From Fonticula alba ATCC 38817 (lineage: Eukaryota > Protista > Nucleariida), in assembly GCA_000388065.2 (NCBI GenBank), contig KB932207.1: a DNA stretch of 28,463 nt; one strand, 5' to 3'. The notes under the pieces are model-generated. The model did no database searches. It saw only the letters and a program-made list of their open reading frames with translations, and was not told the DNA's origin. This document shows, piece after piece, positions 7,654 through 18,460 of this stretch; the first letter of the stretch is position 1, and each line of letters begins with the position of its first letter. The position numbers and the translations under genes are program-made.

Positions 7654-10001
7654 TGACGACCACGAGAACACTGTCCTGCACCTGGCCTGCCGTAATAACC
7701 AGCCGGAGGTGGTGACCATGGCCCTGGAGTTTGGTGTTGATCCGAACGCGGTGAACTCCACCGGCGACACGGCCCTGCACTATGCCGCCATGTCCGGCAA
7801 CTTGGACCTGGTTGAAAAGGTGCGCGTGCCTGCGCCTCTCAGGCATCTCCTTTGGCCGCATGAAAGCTGACCCTTTCCGTCTGCCGGGGTTTCTTTTCTT
7901 CGCATTTCGCTTGTCTGCCCGCGTGTGCGTGTGTATGCAGCTCATCGCGGCCTCGGCTAGTCTCAACGTTGCCAACGACCACGGCAACATCCCGCTGCAT
8001 TACTCGTGCTTCTGGCGCCATGAGCACATTTCACGGGTGCGCTCTTGCCTCTTGCTCCGGCCGGGATGACATTCCCCCTGTGGCGTCCCGTGTCATGCGC
8101 TCGCTTCATCTCCTGACGCTGGTCCCTCCTCCCCGTGCCCGCGCTCGCATCCCCACCCGCCTGTGAATGTGTGCAGTTCCTCATTGAGAAGGGCGAGCTT
8201 GTGACCGCGGTCAACTCCTTCCAGAAGTCCCCCCTTGACCGTGCCGGCCCCGAGCTGTCCGCCGCTCTCCTGGGTGCGCTCAGCCGCCCTTCCTGGCGCT
8301 TCCTCTTCCTCCTCCGCCGCGTTCTCCCTCGTTCTGCCTCGCCCATATCCTCCTCGCTCTTCCCTTCCCTCCCTCCCTCCCTCCCCCCCCCCCCCCCCCC
8401 TCTGTCTCTCACCCCTTCTCTTCCCGCTCCGGCGTGTCCCGATTGTGCAGAGTTTGCCCAGCAGTGCGGTCAGGAGACCTCGGCCCAGGTGCAGCTTCCC
8501 ACCCGTAACTTCGAGGAGGCCGGTGCGTTCTGCCTCTGATCGCTCCCTTCACCTCCCGCACGCGCGCGAGTCTCACCTCCCCCCCCCCCTCCCCTCCCCG
8601 ACCGATACACCCTCCTCCCCCTCCGGCAGAGAGCATCGCCCGCATTCGGTTCCTCATCAAGAGTATGTCGCCCCCTGGCTTTTGCCGCTGCTTTCTGCCT
8701 CCTGCTCCGACGCGGCGGCCGCCCCCTTGCTAACTGGCTCCCCCCCCCCCGGGCCCATGTAGATGCTCCCTCCTGGCAGGTCAGCTCCAACCTGCTGGAC
8801 TTCCAGGAGCTTCTGGCTTCGCCGTCGCCCTTCGCCTCGGTCTACAAGGGCGAGTGGTCCGGCTTCCAGGTGGCCATCAAGCAGCCGCATCCGCACATCC
8901 AGGAGAACAAGCAGATGACCTCCAACATGGAGCTGGACATCCTGGACAAGCAGGTCACCATGATGCGCGACCTTTTCCATGTCAACCTGCTGCCGATCCT
9001 GGCCGGGTGCACGGAGCGCGGCAACTGGTGCCTGGTCACCGAGTTCCAGCCCGTTGGCAATCTCGGTCTCCTGCTCCAGGACCCGGCTTACTCGATGGAT
9101 CAGTACCAGGGTGCGGACAAGCGCATGATACTGGCTCCTCCGGCGGTTGGCCCCCTCCTTTACTGATGTTCCCCCCCCCCCCTCCCCCCTCTCCCCCCTC
9201 TGCCCCCTCTGCCCCCTTGCTCCTACTCGCCAAGCCATTCGCTTTGCCGTGGAGACCTGCCGCGGCGTGGCCTTCCTCCATGAGAATGGCATCCCGCATG
9301 GGGCGCTCAAGCCGTCCAACATCCTGGTCACCGATGATGGTGGCATTCGCATCACCGACTACGGGCTGTCCAAGGTGAAGGCCTTCCGTGGGTCGTATGG
9401 CGGCGCGCAGATTTTCGAACCGCACTGGATTGCCCCGGAGAGTATGTTGCTGCCGGGCCCTCGCCGCCGGCTCCTTGCCCAGCCCCGGTCGATTCTTCCT
9501 CCCCTGCCCCTCCGCTTCTCTTGCTGGACTTGCCGGTCTGACTGCTGAGCTGCTTCCTCTTCCTCTTCATTTTTCTCTGGCCCGCGTGGTGTGGAATAGT
9601 CTTCCTTGAGGAGCCGCACCCCGACAAGGACATTCGCCCGGCCGATGTCTACGCCTTCGGCATGGTTCTCTTCATGATTGTGACTCGTCTTCTGCCCTTC
9701 GAGTCGATGCATCCCATGGCCATCGGTCATAAGGTGCGCTTTCGTCCCCCCCCCCCCCCCCCTCCCACTTTCCATTCCCCATGCATTTGGCCTTGCTGGT
9801 TGTTCTTTTTTTCCTCTCCCTCTGACGCTCTTGCCCGACCGGACCGGACAACAGGTTGTCACCCAGTCCCTCCGTCCGACCATGCCATACTTCGTGCCGG
9901 AGCACCTGTCCAAGCTGATCTCCCTGTGCTGGCAGCAGGACCACACTCGCCGCCCGTTGATTGGCCAGGTTCTCCCGATCTTGGAGAAGCTCCACTCCTG
10001 A
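7654..10001 (+). CDS. ILK: Integrin-linked kinase orthologue (ankyrin repeats plus pseudokinase domain), 5'-partial, 9 visible exons, about 432 aa visible
   Basis: Exons 7654-7819, 7941-8036, 8177-8273, 8451-8522, 8630-8662, 8763-9110, 9235-9441, 9600-9733 and 9855-10001, all phase-consistent. Collinear with human ILK as I recall it: DDHENTVLHLACR ~ DDHGFSPLHWACR; NDHGNIPLHYSCFW ~ NEHGNVPLHYACFW; HVNLLPILAGC ~ HPNVLPVLGAC; DQYQAIRFAVETCRGVAFLH ~ [20 protein letters not shown]; WIAPE ~ WVAPE; AIGHKVVTQSLRPTMP ~ EIGMKVALEGLRPTIP; VLPILEKL ~ IVPILEKM. Confidence 0.92.
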
Positions 10002-10270
10002 GCCGGGGGGACACACGGCCCTGGGAGGCAGTCGGGCCACTTGGCCATGGGGACGCAGTGATCCGGTGTCTTGCTTCGGCCCTTCCCCTCGACGGGGGCC
10101 GGGGCGAGGCACCATCTGCTGGCCGGTCTCCTGCATGTGGCGGTGGTGCATCTGCATCTCCTATCGCGTGTCACCGTTGAGGACACGGACATCGAAGTAA
10201 TACAGCGTTTCAAATCCCGAAATTGCTGTGCACATGCGCACGAGCCTCCCTCGTCACGCCCCGGGCGGAA

Positions 10271-10334
10271 CAGGAGCAAGGCCAGGAGCAAGGCCGGGGG
10301 CAAGGCCAGGAGCAAGGCCAGGAGCAAGGCCAGG
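10271..10334. repeat. 12-bp minisatellite (CAGGAGCAAGGC) x about 5 between the convergent ILK and UPF0390 3' ends
   Basis: Directly visible; one unit carries substitutions (CGGGGGCAAGGC). Confidence 0.9.
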
Positions 10335-10508
10335 GACATACACTCAGGGCGAGGGGGAGGGCGTGGGATACAACGGAGAAGCATGGGTCCAAGGGGGTCT
10401 AGTATACAGAGCGTGGCAAGAATGCACACACAGGCGGAGCCAAGGGGGGAGCCGAGGGACAGGAAAGGATGGGAGGCGGCCCGGGCCGGGGGCGGCCACG
10501 TCGGACGC

Positions 10509-11001
10509 TCACTTACGACCGCCAATCTTGGCACCACCACGCAGGCGCTGCAGGGCAGTGGCCGGGCGGGCCTGCTCGCGAGCCAGCGCAGCGCTGTCCG
10601 AAGTCTTGACCACGCGCAGGGGCTTCACCGAGCCGGCAGACACACGCGCGGCCAGGGAGGTCTCGATCTGGCGATGGATGGCGGCACTCAGTTTCTGCAT
10701 CAGGGCAACGGGGGGATGGTTCAATCACATTTGAGAGAGGGGCAGGGGAGGGGGGAGGGGGAAGGGGGAGGTTAGAAGATGACCAAATGGAAAAGTGCGC
10801 GGCGCGCAGGGCCAGCGCCACAGCGCAGATGCACTCGCAGAGGGGCTAAACAACCTTCTGGACCTTGGTGGCGGCCACAACATTGGCCTTCTTGGGGGCG
10901 ATAACACGGATGCCGGGCTTGGTGCTGCGGATCTTGGCGATCTGGGCACGGCTCTTGGCCGCGCGGTTGACACTCCGAAGAGCCTTGGTACCCTGGGCCA
11001 T
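10509..11001 (-). CDS. UPF0390 / C19orf53 (Leydig cell tumor 10 kDa protein homolog, DUF2462) family small basic protein, 110 aa
   Basis: Exons 11001-10855 and 10694-10509. MAQG start, the RVIAPKKANVV motif and KKLSAAIHRQIE match the family pattern (human MAQG...RVIAPKKARVV...KNLEVGIRKKIE). The donor GTTGTT is off-consensus but is the one that preserves the alignment. Confidence 0.85.
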
Positions 11002-12294
11002 TGTGTCAGGGGGGAGGGGGCAGTGCAGGGGGGGGGGAAAGACGGGAAGAGGAGAAGAGAGGGATACGCAGCGCGTTACAGCGAGGCGGTGCAGGGCGAG
11101 GCGTTTTGGGGCCAGGACAGGGGGGAGGGGGGGGGGGGGGGGGGGGGGAGACCTGGAGGGCGCCCACACCTGGCCGGCCGAGGCGCCCTTCCCGAAGAAT
11201 GCCCCACCCCGGGTGCGGGAGACGAGGCGCATGCGGTGGCATTTGGATCACGCCGTCTTCGCGTGACCCCCTCGAGGGGGCTGACCTGCCTGGAACCAGG
11301 CAAATCGGCCCTCTGGATGGGTTTTGACTATCTCGCGCGCGTTCTCCCTTGTGGCCGGGGCCGGTTCGCGGGTTTCGTCCTCCCGGCCGGGCTGGTGTTT
11401 CCCTGCCGCCGGGGCCTCCCTCGGCGAGGCCGCCTGCGCGAGCCCTCCCGCCGGGCCGGGGGCGGGGCTGCGGGGGGGAGGGGGATGTTTCGCCCTCAGC
11501 GACGCCCTGGCCCAGGTGGCTGGCTCGCATCGCATCCCTGGCGGTCCCCGTGTCGCGGCTGGCATCTTGCCGGTGTGCCGGGGGAGGCCTGTGCGTGTAT
11601 CTCCCCCCCCCCCCCTCCCCCCGGCCCGTGGACATTGCTGGCCAGGGAGACCGCCCCCTGGGCGCCCTATCGGCGGTTGCCCCGGGGCAGGGGGAACAAG
11701 GGCAGGGGCGCGAGATCGGCCGGCGATCCCCCGTGTGCCCTGACTGTGGCCTTCTTCTCATCGGAGCCGGCGTCCCTGCCTGTGTGTGTGTGTGTGTGTG
11801 TATGGGTGTTTGGGCTTGTGTGTGTTCCCCCTGACCCGGCTCCCCTCCCGGTGAACTGGGAGTGTCCCCCCCCCCCATACGCACGGAGGGGGGCAGAAAG
11901 CCGCCCGACAATGCCCCGCCCTCGGGACTGGGGGCAGTCTCCCGGGCCTGCGCGAGAATGGGGCGCGCAGGCGACCGCCGCCGGGTGTTTTTATCTGGGG
12001 CTCACACCGGCCCCATCCCCGAGGGGCGGACGGGGACGATGCGGCTGGAGCCAGTTTTCGCCGGTGCCCCGTCGCGGAGGCGGCCGCCCCCAGCACAGCC
12101 CCATTGGTGGCTGGTCCTGGGCCGGCCGGCGTGGCATTTGAGAGTCTGCAAGGGCGCACGCGTGTGTTGTGCGCGCGCGTCCGTGCGTCCGTGCGTCCGT
12201 GTGTGTTTATGTGTGTTGTGTGTGGTGCTTCCGTGCGCACGCGCGCGCCCGCGCGCGGGCCCCTCAGGCGACTGTCTCAGGATCAGCCGGCGGG

Positions 12295-12302
12295 TTTATA
12301 AG
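12295..12302 (+). promoter_or_regulatory. TATA-like element upstream of ACBP
   Basis: TTTATAAG, an isolated AT island about 100 bp before ATG 12401 in very GC-rich DNA. Position only; no functional evidence. Confidence 0.4.
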
Positions 12303-12400
12303 AGACCGCGGCACGGATCGCCACTGCCAGGGCCGGCGGCACAGAGCTCCACGACACCCTGTTTTTGCTCCCCATCCCCATCCATACCCCATTCGCCACC

Positions 12401-12560
12401 ATGTCCCTTGTACGCACGAGATCCCGCCCACGCCCATCCTGCCACCTCTGCTTTGGCGGCTGCTGTCCCCTTCGCCCGGCTTACCTCTGCTCCCTCCCAC
12501 CGGCCAATGCGCCCGCGCGACCGACTCCCCGATGTATGTGCATGGGCGCATGCGTGTGTC

Positions 12561-12591
<31 letters not shown>

Positions 12592-12986
12592 NNNNNNNNN
12601 NNNNNNNNNNNCCCCCCCCCCCCCCCCCCCAACAGGCCGACAAGTTCGCCACCGCCGAGGCCCTCGTCAAGAAGCTGAAGTCTCGCCCCTCCAACGATGA
12701 GCTCCTGACCATCTACGCCAACTACAAGCAGAGCACCGTCGGCGATGTCGACACCGGTACGCGCTCGCGCACTTCCATGCAGTCAGCAGCCCACCATCCC
12801 CCTCACTCGCCCGGCCTTTCGCTGACCCCCCGTCCGTGTGCGTTAGCCTGCCCCGGTCTCTTTGACGTGTCGGGCCGCGCCAAGTGGAACGCCTGGAACG
12901 CCCTCAAGGGCACCGACAAGGACACCGCCATGCAGACCTACGTCGACACCGTCGACTCCCTGGTCCAGAAGTACGGCACCGAGTAA
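12401..12986 (+). CDS. ACBP: Acyl-CoA-binding protein (ACBP/DBI/Acb1), 89 aa
   Basis: Exons 12401-12409, 12636-12756 and 12847-12986. Protein MSLADKFATAEALVKKLKSRPSNDELLTIYANYKQSTVGDVDTACPGLFDVSGRAKWNAWNALKGTDKDTAMQTYVDTVDSLVQKYGTE carries the YxxYKQ, AKWxAW and AMxxY family motifs. A 20-N gap (12592-12611) lies in intron 1. Confidence 0.95.
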
Positions 12987-14155
12987 GGTGACTCGCGGGC
13001 CCCCTCCCCCCCTGCCGCGCCCCGTCGCTCCCTCGCCCCGTCACCCGGGCTCTTGTGTCCATGGGTGAGTGTGCCGGTGCCGGTGCGCCCGTGCCCCATG
13101 TCGCGCACACACACTCCCCCCCATGGTGCCTCCTCCCCCTGCCAAATACCATCTGCGTTTTTGTGCCTTTTTTTTCCTCTCATGACTCTACCGACACCGA
13201 GAGGGGGGAGGGCAGAGCCCGGCCCAGGAGGGGAGAGCCCGAACGCCTCGAGTGCAGGCGCGCGCGCGTGTGTGTGTGTGTGTGTGTGTATGGGGGGGGG
13301 GAGGGGTCTGCACTGTGTGTGCTGGGCGGGGCGTGTGTGCGGCGAGCCGGGCCGGGCAGCCGGCGGCCGTGCATCCACATCCAGGGGGGAGGGGTGTGTT
13401 GGCGCCGAGCAAGATGCGCCGAATGGAGCATCTGGGATCTCTATCTCTCGTCCGGTGATATGGTCCCCACGGGATCGCCGGTTCTGGGAATCGCGTGTGG
13501 AATGGGCGGCACCGAAAGAGCAGGGCGGCCGGGGGCGTGCCTCGCACGCGTGCTCCCCCCCCCCCCCCCGGTGGCCCCGCATGTGAAAGGACTTCCTCCT
13601 CTCCAGCAGGCGGCGGGGGGCTATGCGTGAATACAGGCAGGGAGCGGGGCCGGGGGGCTCGGCCTTGGAGGTTCGCCAGCGCGCGGGGACCCCTCGCGGC
13701 GCACATGCCCGCGGGCAGGGGCGGGGGAGGGAGGGCCTCTCAAGCGGCTGTGGGACCTCGGTCAACAGTCACATCATACCCGGGAATGAGATCAGCCCAT
13801 GTTTTCCCGTGCGGACGACCGCGGGGCCCCGGCCTGGGTCTCTCTCTCCCCCCCCCTCTCTCTCTCTCTCTCTCTCCCGGTGGCGGCCGCGCGCCATGTT
13901 GGGGCCCGACTGGCCGGGTGCAATCGCGGGGCGGGGGGTGGGTGGGGGGGAGGGCGGCCAGCCTGTTACGTCGGCCCCCGCCCCGCCGGGGAACGGCAAC
14001 AGCCGGGTATTTGGGCCACAGTGCGGCCGTGAGTGTCGGCGGGCCAGCTCTCCCTCCTCCAACGACGAGACTGTGCTGCCCTCTGCCCCCCCCCCCCCCC
14101 CCGCTGCTTCCGCTTTCCTGCCGCGCTCGCCGCCTCCTCCCTCCCCACAGCCACC

Positions 14156-15691
14156 ATGTTCGCCTGGATTGGCTCCATCTTCATGTGGTGTGCGATCATT
14201 TCGTTCGTCACCTACCTGATCAACACCCTGATCCACGAGGTCATTGCCAAGGAGCAGAACCTCAAGACCAAGTACAACGCCAAGTGGGGTGCGTCCTTCG
14301 CTCGGGCTTTCTCTCTTGATTCCCCCCCCCTTTCCGGGCCCTGACCTCCTGCCCCCCGCCCCCCCCCCCGCCCCCTGCCCAGCCCTGGTTACCGGCGGCT
14401 CGTCCGGCATGGGCAAGGCCATCGCCGAGAAGCTTGCCCAGCAGAAGATCAACGTCGTTATTGTGCGTTCGCGGCCCCTCTCTCGCGCCCGGCCGGCCGC
14501 TCGTGCCCCCCCCCCCCCCCCCCCCCCCCCCGAGGCCCTCCCTTTCTCGGTCCCTCTGCACCTGGCTGCATGCACCCTCGCTTGCCTTCTACCGCTGACT
14601 CGCCGATTCCCACCCGCCACACAGGTTTCCCTCGATGACCAGCTCCTCAAGGACACCACCCAGGAGCTGCGCACCAAGTTCCCCCAGGTGGAGTTCCGCT
14701 CGGTCGGTGTGAACCTCGGCCAGCCCGGCTTCCTGCCCGAGGTGATCGAGGCCACCAAGGACATTGACATCTCGCTTCTCTTCAACAACGCCGGCTATGT
14801 CACCCCCGGGCTCTTCTTCGATGTGTCGCTCGAGCGCCAGATGAACAACTACCACTGCAATGTCACCGCGGCCGTCCTGCTCACCCACCACTTCCTGCGC
14901 CTCATGGGCGAGAAGAACCTCAAGGGCCTCATCACCTTCACCTCCTCCTCGGGCATGTTCCTGCCCACCCCGACCATGACCCTCTACGGCTGCACCAAGG
15001 CTTTCCTGACCTCCTTTGCCGCGTCCCTGGCCCCTGAGGTGCGTACAAGCCGTGTGTGTAGGGAGTGGGGGGGGGGGTGCGCCCCCTCCCGCGCCACCTC
15101 CTTTCACGCACACACACACACACACACACACACGCGCACACACGCACGCACGCACGCACGCACGCACATACACACATATGCCCGCACTCTCGCAAGAGGG
15201 GCAGGGCCGGTTTTGGCTCGGCCCCGCCGTGCCTCCTCCTCGGTCTGATGCTCACCCCCCTCTGCCCTCCGCCTCCGCCTCCGGTCCCTGTCCGGCCGTT
15301 TGCTCGCCCAATCGCACGCGCACGCGCACACCCACCCGCCCGCACACAGGCCCGTGCCATCGGCGTCGATGTCCTGGCCATCCACCCTTCTCCCACTCGG
15401 ACTCGCTTCTACGACAACGCCCAGGGCGTGCAGATGCTGTCCTTCGCCCAGCGCATTGCCGTCGAGCCGTCCGAGGTGGCTGACTGCCTGTTCAAGAACG
15501 CCGGCCGCGTGGTTGTCATCGACCAGGGCCTCACTTCCATCGGCCTGAAGATGCTGACCAAGATCATTGACGGCAACTTCATCTCCCTCCTCTTCCCCTT
15601 CATCCCCCACCTGATGGAGGACTTCAACAAGGCCCTCAACGACTGGAACAAGAACCTCAAGGAGCGCCTGGCCGCCCCGGTCGCCAAGTAA
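14156..15691 (+). CDS. Classical short-chain dehydrogenase/reductase with N-terminal membrane anchor (17beta-HSD / 3-ketoacyl-CoA reductase-like), 322 aa
   Basis: Exons 14156-14288, 14383-14462, 14625-15038 and 15350-15691. Motifs TGGSSGMG (TGxxxGxG), NNAG, catalytic Ser in TSSSG and YGCTK (YxxxK), plus a hydrophobic N-terminal helix. Substrate assignment is inference. Confidence 0.92.
15105..15178. repeat. (CA)n/(CACG)n microsatellite in SDR intron 3
   Basis: Directly visible. Confidence 0.95.
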
Positions 15692-15832
15692 GCCCCCCCC
15701 CCCCCTCCCCTCCCTCCCTGTCCCCCCCCCCCCTGCGGACCGCCCTTTTCTGTTACCATCAGGGGACATGGCACGTGCATCTCTGCCCTCCTTCCGGCAT
15801 GGGCAAGGACCCGCCTCGTGTGCCAGCTCGGA

Positions 15833-15838
15833 AATAAA
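15833..15838 (+). promoter_or_regulatory. Candidate polyadenylation signal for the SDR gene
   Basis: AATAAA 142 bp after the stop, rare in this GC-rich context. Confidence 0.5.
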
Positions 15839-16057
15839 CAGACTCATGCGTGCGCGCACGCGCACACATACACATGTAGATGCTCACGAAACGACGCCCC
15901 TCCTCCTCCGATGGGCCCGTGAGCGAAAGAGGTAGCTACAGCGAGCGAAATCCCCAGGCTAACTGACAGGAACAGGGTGAAGAGAAGGGGGGGGGGGGGC
16001 GGGGGGGGGGCACCGGTTTATCACTTCATGCCGACACAGCGATGGCCCTCGCGCCAG

Positions 16058-17677
16058 TTAGTTGTACCGGAACAGGACACTCTCCAGGTGGATGCCGAGT
16101 GACCGAGCCAGCGGGGCCACCGCGTCGTAGCCCACCGCACACCGGTACGTGGCCCCCTCGAGGGGGATGCGCCGTTCGCTGGCCCCAGCCGCCTGGCCAC
16201 TGGCATCCAGCCCGGCCACCGCGCCAGCCAGCGACCCACGCACAAGTAGCCGTAGGCTGGTCAGTGTGCGGATCAATTGGGCCAGGTCCGCCGAGGCCAG
16301 GACCTCGCGCTCGGCCCCGCTCAGGAGCAGCTCATCGCCGGACGACTGGAGCAGCATGCGGAAAATGGCGATCAGGCGCTCCAGGCGGAAGGGACGGGGC
16401 CCGAGCAGGCGCTGGGGCACGGTGGCCGCTGCACCGCGGATGGCCGCCGCCTTGAGGGGCGAGTTGCCGAAGGCCCCGCCACCGCCGGCACGTCGGCGCC
16501 GACCGCCCTCGGCAGAGCCGGCCCGGGCGAACATCTGCGAGTCCGCCCGGGCCGGATTATGTGACGCCAGGAAGGCCGACACGAGGAGGAACTTCCCGTG
16601 CATGGGTAGCTCGAAATCCAGCCCCGAGCGCGAAGCGGTCCCGATGCCGGCCGCCGCCGCGGCATTCAGGGCCGCCTGCAGCTCCAGCTCGTTGGCCACC
16701 CCGCCCGGGAGGGTGCCCGGGACAAAGAGATCGCCCGGGATCACCTGCGACCCTGGGGGGCCCACGTGCCGAGCCCGCTTGCCGGGGCCCGGGCCACACT
16801 CGGCGCCGGGGGCATCGGCCCCGACGGCGCGCCGGTGACTGTCCCGCCGGATGCGAATCCACTCGCGCGAGGAGATCGTCCGCAGGTAGAGCCGGTCCAG
16901 CACCACCTGGAAGTAGGGGGAAATGTGCCGGTAGAGTTTGTACGAATCCCCGGGAGCCGCCAAGCCCGCCACCACCGGTCCCCGGTATGCGCCGTACAGC
17001 GACTCGGCCACGTGGGTCAGATCGCGCAGGTCCCGACAGGCGCCATGGAACACCTGGTACAGCAGTCGGCAGAATGCCTCATGCATGCCGGCGTCGGCTG
17101 ATCGGGTCAGTGCCTCGCCCGAGGGGAGGACCGGCATGGCGGCTGGTGCCGAGGCCCGGTAGTTGTGCACCAGGATGCGAATGGTGTCGTCTTGCCGGAC
17201 AGGTGGGGAGAAAGAGCGTGCGTGCGTGTGTGTGTGTGTGTGTGTGAGAGAGGGAGAGATAAGGAGAGGGAGAGAGAAAGAAAGGCACAAAAGCCAGGAG
17301 ACGGGGAGGAAAAAGGCAGGTCAAAGGGGAATGGCAGCCGCAGCAACGGCAAGAGGCACGGGGGATCTCCCCGTCGCCATCCTGCACGCACGCACGCACG
17401 CCCATGCGCGCAGTTGTGCATTTCTGTGGCTCCGGGGGGGGGGGGGGGGGGGGGGGCATACCCTCAGAGTACTGGGGGAAGTGCATCAGATACGGCTCGA
17501 GGAAGGGCCCGCGCGGACGGACAACCTCCACGGGCAGGCGGCTGATCATGACGGTGGTCACTGCGACTCCGGTCTGGAGAGGGAGCAGACGGGTCAGCAT
17601 ACTGGCGAGGGGGTTCAAGCACATGTGTTGGCGCCGAGGAGAAATACAAAACCCCGGGAGAAAGCCGTGTCGCCATG

Positions 17678-17713
<36 letters not shown>

Positions 17714-18460
17714 TGTGAAAGGGGGGACGGAGAGAACGCACCAATTCCGCCAGGCCCGAGAGCATGGCCAGAGCATACGGCGGTAGGCCGCGGAGGCGAT
17801 CCGCCTCGTCGATGACCAGCACCACGGCGGCGCGACGCGCATGCCGCGCGACGGCCACATCCCACCGGGCCCATTCGGCTTCGGGGGCCTGGGCCCCGGG
17901 CGGAGCCGGGGCCGGCCCGGCGGCCTGGCCCAACTCCCACACCAGTTCCCGGACCTGCGAAACAAAGTCCGACGGCGAGCCCACGCGCCTGGACGGCACA
18001 TCCAGGCTCGCGGCCAGCACCGAGGCCCAGTCGCCAGAGGTGGCCTTCGAGGCAGTCTGGCACCCGGCAAGCTGATCGAGCAGGTTTTCCAGCATCGATC
18101 GGAAGCCCGCCGGGAGGGTGGTAGCCAGGGCCGAAGTCGATGCGGCCCCCATGGCGGACATGGCCCCGGTGGAGGAGGCGGTTGCCTCACCGCCGGTTAC
18201 CCAGGCAAAGGGCCGGCCCAGGGCTTCGAGCGTGGCTCGGACCACGGCCGACTTGCCGGCGGCCGGCGGCCCGGTGACATAAACAAAGGGCTGTGCGCCG
18301 GTCTGTGGGGCAGATCCAGGGTCAGGCAGGGCAGGCCGGAGCAAGTGGGCGACGTCCAGGGGAACCATACCTCGAGAATGGACCAGAGCTCATTGATTTC
18401 GAGGAAGCGCCCGGGAAACTGCTCGACCAGGTGGGTCGGGGCGAAGGCCGAATCGAACAT
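16058..18460 (-). CDS. ORC5: Origin recognition complex subunit 5, 4 exons, about 631 aa
   Basis: Exons 18460-18371, 18302-17742, 17573-17462 and 17190-16058. N-terminal FPGR...EL motif, Walker A GPPAAGKS and Walker B VLVIDEAD. ORC5 C-terminal motifs LPMHGKFLLVSAFLASHNPARAD, LLGPRPFRLERLIAI and YRCAV match human [38 protein letters not shown] and YKCTV as I recall them. Confidence 0.95.
17677..17716. repeat. (GTGC)n tetranucleotide repeat in ORC5 intron 2
   Basis: Directly visible. Confidence 0.95.

Noticed and set aside
10400-10516. GTAAGT near the UPF0390 stop as a possible extra intron donor
   Set aside because: +4 A is absent from the other introns here, the unspliced reading ends at a normal family length, and the downstream sequence gives no convincing exon.
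11265-11305. Short palindromes (CCCCTCGAGGGG and TGCCTGG-AA-CCAGGCA) in the UPF0390/ACBP divergent intergenic region
   Set aside because: Too short to exceed chance, with no tRNA, snoRNA or snRNA boxes nearby.
13896-14155. Upstream ATG 13896 plus GTGAGT...CAG intron (14029-14150) giving an in-frame 46-aa N-terminal extension of the SDR
   Set aside because: The extension is G-run-rich and looks non-coding, the donor is off-consensus, and ATG 14156 has a good CCACC context followed by the membrane anchor. A 5' UTR intron remains possible.
15793-15808. 16-nt exact direct repeat of SDR exon 2 (14403-14418, TCCGGCATGGGCAAGG) in its own 3' region
   Set aside because: A single short same-orientation match with no flanking similarity; compatible with chance at this GC content.
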